From the human T2T-CHM13v2.0 reference genome, Homo sapiens: a stretch of DNA of 64,000 nucleotides. Positions 46,115 through 58,815 of the stretch are shown here, piece by piece. Positions within the stretch are counted from its first letter, which is position 1. Each line of letters starts with the position of its first letter. The stretch lies in the NCBI RefSeq assembly GCF_009914755.1, contig NC_060928.1. The stretch is one strand, 5' to 3'. Both the position numbers and the translations under genes were made by a program. The notes under the pieces are model-generated. The model searched no databases. It saw only the letters and a list, made by a program, of their open reading frames with translations, and was not told where the DNA came from.

Positions 46115-46405
46115 GGCTGTGTGCAGTAACCCACAGCTGTAATTTCAGTACTTTGGGAAGCTGAAGTGTGAGGATAGCTTGAGCCCAGGAGCTTGGGACC
46201 AGCCTAGGCAACATACAGAGACGCCGTCACTACACTAAGTTAAAAAAAATTGGCTGGGCATGGTGACACATGCCTCTAGTCTTTGCTACTTGGGAGGCTG
46301 AGGTAAGAGGATTGCTTGAACCTGGGAGGTTAAGGCTGCAGTGAGCTCTGATCATGCCACTACACTTAAGGCTGGATAACAGAGCAAGACCCTTTCTCAA
46401 AAAAA
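46115..46405 (+). mobile_element. AluJ
   Basis: 'gcttgagcccaggag', 'ggttaaggctgcagtgagc', 'agagcaagacc' AluJ features. Confidence 0.88.
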
Positions 46406-46440
46406 AGAAAAAAAAGAAGAAAGAAAGAGAAAAGAAAGAG

Positions 46441-46473
<33 letters not shown>

Positions 46474-46659
46474 CAAGAAGGAAGGGAGCAAGGAAGGAAG
46501 GAAGGGAGGAAGGAAGGAAGGATAAAGGAAGGAAGGAAGGAGAAGAGAGAAAGAAAAAGAAAGAAGAAAGAAGAAAGAAAGAAAGACAGGAAGGAGGAAA
46601 GGGAGGAGAAGAGAGAAAGAAAAAGAAAGAAAGAAAGAAGAAAAGAAAGAAAGAAAAAG
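46399..46659. repeat. Polypurine (GAAA/GGAA) low-complexity tract grown from the Alu tail
   Basis: Almost exclusively A/G over about 260 bp. Confidence 0.95.
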
Positions 46660-47408
46660 GTGATGTAAGTACCAATTTCAAAGAAATCACTGCATTTAAG
46701 TAAAACTACAAACTGTAGAACAGGTTGTATAATATAATCTCATTTAAAACTATAACACATGTATGTCTATAGAAATTATACATATTTAACTACATAAACA
46801 CTTTTGGAATGTCAGGAATAAGATTATCCTTGTTATCTCTGGATTAGTAAGAGGTTTGGTGACACAGGAAGTGAGATTTAATTTTTTCATATAGACTTTA
46901 ATTTTTAGAGGAGTTTTAGGTTCACGGCAATTTTTGCAGAAAGTATGAAGTTTCCACATCCTCCCTAAAATTTAATTTTTAGTTTTGACTTTTCTAAAAT
47001 GTATTTTTTCTGCTACATGCATAAGATGTTTTTTCTTAAAACTTTGTTAAAAGATAAAAATATTTAAAATACTATAAAAGGGTATGACTAGCATCAATTA
47101 AGACTGAATCGATACATGTATCATACCTGTTTTAATTTATATATGGTATTTGAATGATTACTTTTTGTTAAAAACTCATTATATTGCTATCCTCTTTCTT
47201 GTTTGTGTGCAAATATTTTTACCTCTTATCAATTAGTTCTCACATATACAAGCACGAATTCCCTAATTTAAAAAGAAAAAAAAAGTAAACGTTACATAAC
47301 TTCCCTGGGTCTTGGTGAAGAAAAGGAAAAAGGAGTGCCTAAATTAGAATTAAATAGCCCAATAAATAAATATTATGCTCAAGATGCTGGCTTGCTATGA
47401 GGTCCACT

Positions 47409-47422
47409 CCACCAGAGGTCAC
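47409..47422 (+). promoter_or_regulatory. Candidate CTCF site
   Basis: CCACCAGAGGTCAC, 13/14 match to the core consensus. Confidence 0.35.
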
Positions 47423-48257
47423 CTTCTTAACGCAGACAGTTGCCATTAATTTTTAAGAGTCATTTCAAATACCATTGTCTGAATGATGTGTAATCCATTA
47501 GCTAAGAACACACTTAAACTTGTTCTCTACTTCTTTAAACCCCTGTCACAGTTGTAATCTCTTAAAATGAGCTACTTATCTACCCTTTCTTATTTTTGTT
47601 TCTCTTGCTGTTTTTGTCAATATCTTCAAATATATTTAAAGTTTTTCTCTTGAGTGTAGAAATCGGGCTTAAGACTCATTTTATGTTTCTCATTATTGGT
47701 TGATGAAATTGCAACTTTGACTTCCAAAATCCCTTCTTGTTTCCCAAAAATAATATTCGTATTTCCTTTTGCCCGTCTCCCTACTTCCCTGTAACTTACC
47801 ACCATGTGTGACATGAATGGGAACCAAACATTTTTTGTATATTTTTCTCAGGGCCTAAGAGTATAATGAAGGTTGAATATTTTACCTAATCTTTGATCTT
47901 ACTTCATTAACAGACACAGTTTTCAGTATGTAATTCAATCCATGCCAAGCAGAAATCTCATCTAATAGTTTGAACTGAGTTTGCTAAACTTACATAAACT
48001 CTAGTTGTGATTTTAGCATTATGGAGAAATACACTTGGGGGAATTTTTAAATGCTGACAAAGAAAGAGTCAAAATATGTACAAAAAGTGGATAATCATGG
48101 CTAACTATTCAGCTCTTTTCTCTGAAGTCCCAAAGACTGCTCTGGTTTCAGATGTTTATGAGTTTATTTGTTTGGTTTGCGCTTCAGTTCTTTGAAATGT
48201 CCCAGCATCCTTCCAACCAATCCCTTTTATATTTCTTCAACTTGTTTAAGTGCATCA

Positions 48258-49024
48258 GCACTGGCCATCAGAGAAATGCAAATCAAAACCACAATGAGAT
48301 ACCATCTCACACCAGTTAGAATGGCAATCATTAAAAAGTTAGGAAACAACAGATGCTGGAGAGGATGTGGAGAAATAGGAACACTTTTACACTGTTGGTG
48401 GGACTGTAAACTAGTTCAGTCATTGTGGAAGTCAATGTGGCGATTGTTCAAGGATCTAGAACCAGAAATACCATTTGACCCAGTGATCCCATTACTGGGT
48501 ATATACCCAAAGGATTATAAATCATGCTGCTATAAAGGCACATGCACATATGTGTTTATTGTGGCACTATTCACAATAGCAAAGACTGGGAACCAACCCA
48601 AATGTCCAACAATGATTGACTGGATTAAGAAAATGTGGCACATATACACCATGGAATACTATGCAGCCATAAAAAAGGATGAGATCATGTCCTTTGTAGG
48701 GACATGCATGAAGCTGGAAACCATCATTCACAGCAAACTATCACAAGAACAGAAAACCAAACACCGCATGCTCTCACTCATAGGTGGGAATTGAACAATG
48801 AGAACACTTGGACACAGGAAGGGGAACATCACACACCAGGGCCTGTCGTAGGGTGTGGGGAGGGGGGAGTGAAAGCATTAGGAGATATACCTAATGTAAA
48901 TGAACAGTTAATGGGTGCAGCACACCGAAATGGCATATGCATACATATGTAACAAACCTGCACGTTGTGCACATGTACCCTAGAACTTAAAGTATAATAA
49001 TAAAAAAAAGGCAAAAAAAAAAAA
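48258..49024 (+). mobile_element. 5'-truncated L1PA4/5-like 3' end
   Basis: ORF2 C-terminal cysteine-rich region in ORF 48168-48794 ([23 protein letters not shown]), 3' UTR and A tail; TSD not identified. Confidence 0.94.
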
Positions 49025-49363
49025 GATTTTAAAAGAAAGACATTTTGACATACTGAAGATTTTGATTTGAGGCTATATATAATTTTTCATGAAGAAATAT
49101 TTGTAATACCTTCCTAATTAAAATGGTTTTCTTCTGTGCAATTTAAACTACATTTTAGTTCGCTCTTAATCTATTAATAAAACCATACACATGATAAGTA
49201 ATATCAAATAATTTTCAGTTATGCCCACTTTCTTCTTAAATGGAAATATTTTCAACAGAATTACCCTTACTAAATAACCAAATTAATCACAAAATTAAGA
49301 AAACATTTTCATTTTACTTTTTAATAATTTTACACATATTAATACATATATTTGAAATACTAA

Positions 49364-49421
49364 TTTTGTAATGGATAAATTTTTATAATGGATAAATTTT
49401 ATTTTTATAATGGACAAATTC
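49364..49421. repeat. Short tandem repeat, 3 copies of taatgga(t/c)aaatt
   Basis: Direct reading. Confidence 0.75.
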
Positions 49422-51148
49422 TTATTGTCCAGTATTATATTTCAAATCAATAACCTAGTAATTTCAAAATGTTCCTTCTAAGTTAACACAACTGAATTTA
49501 CCAACCTTTAAACATTTTTCTTTAACCTAGGAAAGCATTGATAGATTAGCCAAATTTTCTCCAATAGTATCTGTCTGAAACTTGATATAAAATGTAGACC
49601 ACAGTAGCTAAGGATATTATAATCATTGTTGTCATTTTTTGGGTTGATTTTTATAATTAAAATAGAAAGAAGCATGAGAAGACATTTAACAAATTTGATA
49701 TAACTCTTCATATTTTGACTGTAAAAGAAATCCAAAGAGATCATGATTTTTTACTTTGTTAAGGCCAAAAAAAAAGTGTGTTCCTTGCTGTCTATTGCTT
49801 GCATTCATTTTATTTGTATTTTCATAAATTGATACCTAAATGTAAATTTTATGTTTCTGTGTCAAGATAGAAACAGGATTAAAATCGGTTCAATAAAAAT
49901 ATTGCTTAGTATAATATTGGAAGTCTCTCTCTCTTTTTTTCTCATGCATCTAAATCTAAGTGACTTGTTTCATTTGTGGTCTATAATAGGACATTCTTCA
50001 ATTTCTTTACAAAAGTAGGCAACAAATATAAAGTGTAAGTAAAAACAGTAGAAAATTAAAGACAAAATATTATTATAACAAAAAAATACTCAAGGATTTT
50101 ATGAACAAATAGAGTCATCCTATACTCTTTCCTTGGAATTTTGATCGATTATTATAGTGCTTTTTCAATATTAATGAATTAAAAAAAATTACTTTTTAAC
50201 TTCATTTTAAATTAGAACATTCTTTAGCTTCCCTAGGTAATCTAATATTCTATGACATCTATTTTAAGAATGTATACATTTAAGTTACATGTGTTAAACA
50301 GATATTACAGATTTCTCTACTCCCCAACTCATGGTGGCTTAAGTTTACATACTTCAAACTGTTTTATGATTACATATTTGAAAAATTTAAAAGTGATATC
50401 TGAAAAAATATAATGTTGCTTCCACTTGTGATTGGTAAGATTTAGAATGAGTGAATATTGTGGGCACTTACATAAAGTTTAAATTTGGAAACCTGTGAAT
50501 AAAACCAATTGATTCCAAGCAGGTCCCTTGGGTGGTTTAATGATATAACTTAATGTTACAATTGTGTGATTTTGGACATCTTTTGAATACTTAACTCTTC
50601 TGAATGACATCGCCCTAGTTTGAGTGTGACAAAGGAAACAAAATTAGGCTATTTTGGTTGTAGCACAATATGTCTTTTGCCAGAAAAGGGAAAAGTAAGT
50701 TCTCCTGATAACATCATGAGCACAGTATGTGAATGTCTTGTTAGAGTAATACAATTTAACATTATGTATAAATTCAAAGAAGAGACACAGTGACCAATGA
50801 GAGAGACTAAACTCTAATGATAAAATTAGATTTTGATTAAAGATACTTTTATTGTGATGTACTATCAAAATACTTAAATAAAACCAGGAAACCTTATTTC
50901 AGTTAATTATATTAATATTTTTGGTTAAACTAAATGTAAAAAAATATAAATGAAACTTTCTGAAGGGTCTATATACTTGACTAAAAAGTGCAAATCATTT
51001 TAATATTCTTGGATTCAAAATATATGCAAGTTGCAGATTTGTTATAACATCTATTTTGTAATAGCTGCATCTTCCTCCCCATGATAATAAAATAATAAAC
51101 ATGACAGGGATTTACAGACCATTTAATAGACTGTTGATCCAAAATTAA

Positions 51149-51191
<43 letters not shown>
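51149..51191. repeat. (CA)n microsatellite
   Basis: Direct reading. Confidence 0.95.
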
Positions 51192-51231
51192 ATGTAGAGG
51201 TATGTTTAAACTTTTTAGAGGTATGTTTTTA

Positions 51232-51370
51232 GTTTTTCTTTGTTTTTTCTTAAGAGACATGTGTCTCACTATATTGTCCAGGCTGGTCTTGAACACCTGG
51301 GCTAAAGTGATCCTCTGTCCCTCAGCCTCCTGAGTAGCTGCAACTACAGACATGGGCCAGTGTGCCAGGC
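51232..51370 (-). mobile_element. FLAM / Alu monomer
   Basis: 'gagacatgtgtctcactatattgtccaggctggtcttgaac...cctcagcctcctgagtagctg'. Confidence 0.8.
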
Positions 51371-51659
51371 TTCTGCTATATTCTTAAGAGTTGTTAAGTC
51401 CCTGCTGGATCAATTCTAGCCACAATTATTACAAAACAACAATTTGCATTATTAAGAGTATCCAATTGTTTAATGTTATATATTTACATTGATCAAATAT
51501 TTACTTCTTAATAAATAGTTTACCATATATTCTCTTCTATGTATTAAAGTAAGAGAGAGGAACTAGAACTCTCTTTCACATGAGAGTGCTTTTAATATTT
51601 GCAGACAGCAATTTGCCCCATTATTGTTTTTCTTTGGCTTTAACATCTCCATCTCCAAC

Positions 51660-51822
51660 CCTTGCTATAATCAAAGTGCAGTCTGTGCATCAGTAGTATT
51701 ATTACTAGGACCTGGAAGCTTATTAAAAATGCAAAATGACCACATCCCCAATGGATGAATCAGAATCTGCATAACAAAATCACCAAATTATTTATGTGCA
51801 CATTACAGTTTGATAAATATGG
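51660..51822. mobile_element. MER5-type hAT-Charlie fossil
   Basis: 'cctggaagcttattaaaaatgcaaa...gaatcagaatctgcat...gcacattacagtttga'. Confidence 0.65.
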
Positions 51823-51904
51823 TCCTAATGGGCTCTTAATATATATCTTAGAGCTTCTTGAACCTTTGAAATTCCAGTTATAGACACATATACACATTCC
51901 TTCT

Positions 51905-52945
51905 TGTTTTTTTTAAATTTAGGTAAAATTTAAATATGCTTAAATGCACAGATCTTAAGTATACAGTGACATCAGTTTTGATAAATTTATGTACCCACAT
52001 AACCCAAGTTTCCATGCAAAGTATAGAATTCTTCCATCACCAAGCAAAGATCCCCAATCCCTTAGGTGACTGCTACACTGACTTGTATTACTGAAACTTA
52101 ATTTTGACTGTTGTACTACTTCATGTGTGTGAAAATCATTCAATATGTATTAATTTGTGCTATATTTTGTTCACCCAATATAATATTTTTGAGATTTATG
52201 CAAATGTTGCATATATGAGTAGATTGTTCATTTCTATTGCTCAATGTTATTCCATTGTATAAATATTAACATAATTTGTTTATCCATTTACCTTCATATG
52301 AGTACCTGGGCTTTTTCCAGTTATTGGCTGCTTTAAATATTCTTTTACAGCATGCTCTGTGCATAAATGTTTTCATTTCTCTTAGGTAACTACCTAGAAA
52401 TAGAATAACTTTGTCAGTGTAGAGGTATGTTTAATGTTTTCAATATGTTTTTATGAAAATATTCAAACAGCAAATTTTAAAGAACTTTGAAATGACCATC
52501 TATACCTATCACTTAGATTCTACTGTTAATATTTGGCTGCATTTGTTTTATCACATATCTATCCATTTAGTTGTTTTTCTATCCTCACATCAATCCATTT
52601 AAATTTTTTAAATGAATTTCAAGGTAATTTTCAGACATAAGTACAGTTCTCCCTTGATAGCCTAGCATGTATATTACTAGCTAGTGTTAAGTCTTTATTT
52701 ACAGTTTTTTCTTTTGAAATAAAATTTACATACAATAAAATGTTTATGTTGGCTCCCATTTGATGTATGCATCTACTTATGTAATCTAACCCTTGCCAAG
52801 ATACACAACATTAATACTGTCCAGAAAGTATTCTCATGCTTTTTTTAATCAAGTCTTTTCTGAGCCCTAGCAAAGGCAACCACTTTTATAGTTTTTTTTT
52901 CCCAGCAATAATTAGTTTTTCTAGTTCCAAAAACTCATGTAATGT
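51905..52945 (-). mobile_element. Cluster of old L1M 3' fragments (about 3 pieces)
   Basis: 'aaatgcacagatcttaagtatacag', 'tatacctatcacttagattc', 'ttttgaaataaaatttacatacaataaaatg'. Confidence 0.7.
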
Positions 52946-52947
52946 AA

Positions 52948-53222
52948 TGGCTAGAACTTCCAGTACTATGTTGAATACAAGTGGTGAGAGTGGGTATCCT
53001 TGTTTTATTTCAATTCTAAAGGAGGATGCTTATAGCTATTGCCTGTTTGGTATGATGTTGGCTGCGTGTCTGTCATGAATGGCTCTTATTATTTTTAGGA
53101 TGTTCCTTTGGTGTCTAGTCTGTCAAGGATTTTTATTTTTTATCATGAAGGGGTGCTGGACTTTATTAAAAGATTTTTCTGCATCTATTTGGATAATCAT
53201 ATGGCTTTCCTTTTAATTTTGT
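52948..53222 (-). mobile_element. L1 ORF2 segment A (same L1 coordinates as 54255-54505)
   Basis: 'tggctagaacttccagtactatgttgaata...gtggtgagagtggg'. Confidence 0.85.
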
Positions 53223-54252
53223 TAGAGCAATCAAGCAAAAGAAAGGAATAAAAGGCATCAAAATAAGTAAAGAAGTCAAACTCTCTCTGTTGATGATAAA
53301 ATTCTACAGCTAGAAAACCCTAAAGACTCCACCAAAATGTTACTTCAATTTATGAGCAAGTTTTGTAAGGTTTCAGGATACAAGATCAATGTAAAAAAAT
53401 TAATAAAATGTCTATATATCAACTATGCTCAGAGTGAGAGTCAAATCAAGAATGCAATACCATTTACAATAGCCACAAATAAAATGAGATACTTAGACAT
53501 ACAGCTAACCAAGTAGGTGAAAGATCTCTACAAGGATACCTACAAAACACTGATGAAAGAAATCAGAGACAACATAAACAAATGGAAAATCATTCCATGC
53601 TCATGGATTGGAAGAATCAGTATTATTAAAATGGCTATACTGCCCAAAGCAAATTAGGCTTTCATTGTAATTCCTATCAAACTACCATGTCATTCTTCAC
53701 AGAATTAATAAAAAGATTCTAACATTCATATGGAACCAAAAAAAGAGCCTGAATAATCAAGGCAATCCTAAGCGAAAAGAGCAAAGCCAGAGACATCGCA
53801 CTACCCAATTTCAAACTACATTATAAAGCTATCATAACCAAAACAGCATGATACTGTTACAAAAACAGCCACATTACCAATGGGACAGAATAGAGAACCC
53901 AGAAACAAAGCTGCATATCTACAGCCATCTGATTTTTGACCAAGTCAACAAAAATATGAAATGGGGAGAGGACTCCCTGTTCAATAAGTGGTAATGAGAT
54001 ACCTGGATACCCATATGCAGAAGAATGAAACTAGACCTCTACTTTTCACCATATATAAAAATTAACTCAAGATGGATTAAAGATCTAAATTTAATACCTC
54101 AAATTATAAAAATTCTAGATAAAAACTTAGAAAATACACTATGCAACATAGGCCTTGGCAAATAATTTTTGGCGAAGCCCCAGGAGCAATTGCAACAAAA
54201 ACAAAAGTTGACAAGCATCAGCCAATTAAATTAATGAGTTTCTGCACAACAA
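53223..54252 (+). mobile_element. L1 ORF2 segment B, sense, lacking the 3' end
   Basis: 'agagcaatcaagcaaaagaaagg...ggaaaatcattccatgctcatggattgg...ttctgcacaacaa'. Confidence 0.9.
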
Positions 54253-54254
54253 AT

Positions 54255-57200
54255 GTACTATATTCAATAGGGGTAGTGAGAGTGGATATCCTTGTCTTGT
54301 TGGAGTTCTAAAGGAGAATGATTCCAGCTTTTTTGCCTGTTCAGTATGATGCTGGCTGTGAGTTTGACATAGGTGGCTCTTATTATTTTTAGGTATGTTC
54401 CTTTGATGCCTAGTTTATTGAAGGTTTTTAACGTGAAGAGCTGTTGAATTTTATTGAAAGCTTTTGTGTGTGCCTGAGATAATAATATGGTTTTTATTTT
54501 TAGTTCTTTTTATATTTTTGTGTCACATTTATTAATTTCTATATGTTGAAGCAACCTTGTATCCCAGGTCTGAAGCCCACTTGATAAGTGGTGGATTAGC
54601 TTTTTAATGTGCTACGGGATTCAGTTTGCTAGTATTTTATTGAGGATTTTTGGTTCTAGGTTAATCAGAGATATTAGCCTGAAGTTTTCCTTTTTGTTGT
54701 GTCTCTGCTATGTTTTAATATCAGAAGGCTTCTGACCTCATAGAATTAGGGAGGAATCTCTCCTCCTCAGTTTTTTGGAGTAGTTTCCACGGGAGTGGTA
54801 CCAGCTCTTCTTCATATATCTAATAGAATTTGACTATGAATCTGTTGGATCCTGAGCTGCTTCTAGTTGGTAGGCTCTTTATTACCAACTCAATCCTGTA
54901 ACTCATTATTGGTCTGTTCAGGGTTTCCATTTCTTCCTGTTTCAGTCTGAGACAGTTGTATGTTTCCAGGAGTTTATTCATTTCTACTAGGCTTTCTTGT
55001 CTGTGTTCATAGAAGTGTTCATAATGGCCTCTGAGGGTTTTTTGTATTTCTGTGGGGTCTGTGGCAATGTCTCCTTTGTTATTTCTGTCTGTGTTTATTT
55101 GTATCTTCTCTTTCTTTATTAGCATAGCTAGGGGTCTATTGATCTTATTTATCCTTTCAAAAATAAAAGTCTAAATTTGTTTATCTTTTGTGTGGCTTTT
55201 TACATCTCAATTTCATTCAATTCAGCTGGGATTCTGGTCATGTTTTGTCTTCTGCTAGCTTTTGGGTTGCTTTGCTCTTGTTTTCCTGGTTCCTCTAGCT
55301 TTGATGTTAGGATGTTAATTTGAGATCTTTCTAACTTTTTAATGTGGGTGTTTAGTGCCACAGACTTTCCTCTTAATACTGTGTTAGCTGTGTCCCAGGA
55401 ATTCTGGTAAGTTTCATCTTTGTCTTCATTAGTTTCAAAGAATTTCTTACTTTCTGCCCTAATTTTGTTATTTATCAAATAGTCATTCAGGAACAGGTTC
55501 TTTAATTTCATTTTAATTGTATGGTTTTGAGAGATCATCTCTGTATTGATTTTTTTTTGTACTGTAGTTATGAGTGTGTGTGTGTGTTTTTAATTTGCTG
55601 AGAATTGCTTTATGATTGAATGTGTGGCAAATTTTAGAGTATGCGCCATATGCAGATAAGAATGTATATTCTCTTTTTGTTGGGAGGACTGTTCTGTAAA
55701 TGTCTGTTAGGTTCATTTGGTCAAGAGTCAAGTTTAGATCCTGAATATCTTTTTTAGCATTATGCCTTGATCATCTGTTCAATACTGTCAGTGGGGGTTG
55801 ACATCCCCTAGGATTATTGTGTGGTTATTTAAGTTTTCATAAGTCTCTAAGAACTTGTTTTATTATCTGGTGTTCCAGTGTTAGACGCATATACATTGAA
55901 GACAGTTAAGTCTTCCTGTTGACTTTACCTTTATGTAATGCAATTCTTTGTCTTTTTCAATGATTTTTTGTTTAAAGTTGGTTTTGTCTAAAATAAGAAT
56001 ATCCACCTCTGCTCTTTTTATTTTCCATTTGTTTGATTGACCTTTTTCCGTCCCTTTACTTTGAGCCCACGGGTGTCCTTGCATGTGAGATGGGTCTCTT
56101 GAAGACAGCATAAAAATTACTCTTGCTTCTTTATCCAACCTGCCACTCCATGCCTTTTAAGTTGGTACTTTTAATCTATTTACTTTCAAGGTTAATATTG
56201 ATATGTGTCGATCTGATTCTGACATCATATTGTTAGCTGTTTGCTATTTAGACTTAATTTTGTATTTGCCTTATGGCATAGATGGTATATGCACTTGAGT
56301 GTATTTTTGTGGTGGTTGGTAATGGTCTTTAATTCCCATGTTTAGCACTCCCTTAAATACCTTCTGTAAGGTAGGCCTGGTAAGAATGAATTCCCTTAGA
56401 TTTACTTGTCTGAAAAGGATTTTATTTTTCCTTCATTTGTGAAGCTTAATTTGGATGAATATGAAATTCTTTGTTGGAATTTTTCTGTACCTAAGGATGC
56501 TGAACATAGGCCCCCAATCTCTTCAGCTTTGTAGTTTCTGCTGAAATGTCTGCTGTTAGCCTAATGGGGTTCCCTTTTAGGTGACCTGCCCCTTCTCTTT
56601 AGCTGCCTTTAATATTTTGTCTTTCATGTTGTTCTTGGGTAATCTGATGACTATGTGTCTTGGTGACGGTCGTCTTATATAATGTCTCAAAGGGGTTCTC
56701 TGAATTTTCTGAATTTATATGCCTACCTCTCTAGCAACATTGGGGAAATTTTCAGCCACAATATTATCAAATATGTTTTCTAAGTTGCTCACTCTATCCC
56801 TCTCTTTCTGGGTCGCAAATGAGTAGTAGATTTTGTCTCTACATATTCCCATATTTTTTTTAAATTCTTTTTTTTCTTTATTTCTGGCTGACTGAGTTAG
56901 TTAGAAGAATCTGCCTTCAAGCTATGAGATCTTTTTCCTTAGCCTGGTCTATATTGCTGTTAATACCTCCAATTGTGTTAAGAATTCTTGTAGTGAGTTT
57001 TTCAGTTTTATCTCTTGGTTTGGTTTGTTCTTAAAATGGATAATTCAACTTTTATCTCTTGACTCATTTTCCTGGATAACTTAGATTCCTTGGAATGTGT
57101 TTCAACTTTCCCCTGAGTCTCGATGATCTTTGTTGCCATCCAGATCCTGAATTCTATGTCTGTTATTTCAGCCATTTCCTTCAGGTTAAGAACTGTTTGC

Positions 57201-58815
57201 TGGGAGCCAGTGCAGTTTGGAGGAAAGGAGAAACTCTGGCTTTTTGAGTTGCCAGACTTTTTCACCAGTTCTTTCTCATTCATGTGGGCTGATGTTCCTT
57301 TAACTATGGTATAATTTGAGGATAGTCAGTTGTCTTCATTTCTGGATGTTTTCAGAGGGCTGAAACTTTGTACAGGATCTGTATTTGTCACTGAATTTTT
57401 GTCCTTGGTTTGATGGTGGGGGAGTACATTAGCAAAATATTTTTGGCTTTAATATTTGGGCTGTGATCCCATAGGTGGTGCTTAAACTTAATGGCTGATA
57501 GGTAGGCTCTTGCTCAGCCACTTGTTTCCTCTGTATTTTCTTGCATTTGCAGCTGTGCTCCCTCTCAGTACTCTGAGAGCGTGAGCTCCTCTCCCACTCA
57601 AATCATGGGCTGCATACCACAGCCCTGGGACAAGCTCAGGGTTTATGTGTCTTCCTTAACTCACAGGCAGCCAGGGTGGGGATCTTGAAAGTGGCCATGG
57701 CAGAGGAACTTTCACTTGTCTTTTGTTGCTCCACCCCAAAGAAACACAGTTGGAATGATCAGCCTGAGTTGGGGCAGCTGTGTTGCAGGCCCAATCCAGG
57801 GAACCCTACATTGTGATGAACAGATGCGGGGAGACCATAGGGAAGACAGACTGGCTCTTCTCTGTAGGGCAGCTGCAGCATGCTGGAGATGCATGTAAAG
57901 CCATCATAATCTTTGTTCTTCCCCAATCTAAGGGCAGCAAGGGTAGTACTATTGCAGTGGCAGTGGCAGATGGAATTTCAATTGCCTCTGGGAGCTCCAC
58001 CCCAGAGAAGCACAGAACCACTGCCAGTAGAAATGTTCAGGCAGGGATGGGGTGGCTACGCTGCAGGGTCAAGCTGGAGCCCTGCCCAGCAAAGAGCAGT
58101 GGGTCGTGGTCTCCCAGGAAAGAGAGGCTGGGCTCCACTTCATACAGTCACTCTGGCATGCTGGAGGAGCAAGTAAAGCAATCACACTCTTTGTTCCTTC
58201 CCCAGTCTGAGGGCAGCAAGGGCAGTTCTATTGCAGCTGCAATGACAGAATGATTTTGTGTTGTCTCTGGAAGCCACCACTGACTGAAGTGTTCAGATAG
58301 AGGCAGGATGGTTGTGCTGGGGGCCCAGGTTGAGAGGCCCTGTACAGTGAGGGGTAACAGAGGCAAGGACACAGGTGGAAAACAGTCTGGCTGCTTTTTC
58401 ATAAAGCAGGTGCACTGTTCTGGAAATCCACAATAGTCCTTAAGCTCTTCACTCCCTCCTAAGCCTTACAGCAGCAGAGGCAGGGGCTGTGGAGTGGCAA
58501 AATGGCACTCCTACCTGTTACCTCTGGCAACTCTGCCCCAAGGAAGTGCAGAGCTGCTACTGGCCCAAGAGCCCAGGCAGGTGTGGGGTCGCTGGGGTCT
58601 GAGATGAAGAGGTCCCACCCGATGAGGCATAGCTGGAGCAGGGATGGCTATGGAAAACTGTCTCAGCTTTTCCATAAGGCAGTTGCATGGTACTGGAGGT
58701 TAATGATAGGCCTTAAGTGCTTTGCTCCCTCCTGAGCTTCAGGGCAGCAGGGGCAGGGATTGCAGAGCTTAAAAATGGTAGGCGTGCCTATTACCCCTGG
58801 AAGCTCTGTCACAGG
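54255..58815 (-). mobile_element. L1PA15/16-like segment C: 5' UTR with ~275-bp monomers, ORF1 and ORF2 EN/RT start, all degraded
   Basis: ORF 57008-57283 is ORF1 N-terminus-like (MAEITDIEFRIWMA); 55200-56138 and 54820-55125 are ORF2-like; GC-richer repeated 5' UTR. Confidence 0.9.

Noticed and set aside
46354-46690. K/E/R-rich and F/S/L-rich ORFs
   Set aside because: Polypurine low-complexity tract.
48168-48794. 208-aa ORF
   Set aside because: C-terminus of L1 ORF2 in a 5'-truncated copy, run on from flanking sequence with a non-ATG start.
57468-57481. CTCF-like motif in L1 5' region (cccataggtggtgc)
   Set aside because: Three mismatches to the core; probably decayed.
57712-58735. Multiple ORFs on both strands
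   Set aside because: GC-rich L1 5' UTR monomers; chance open frames.
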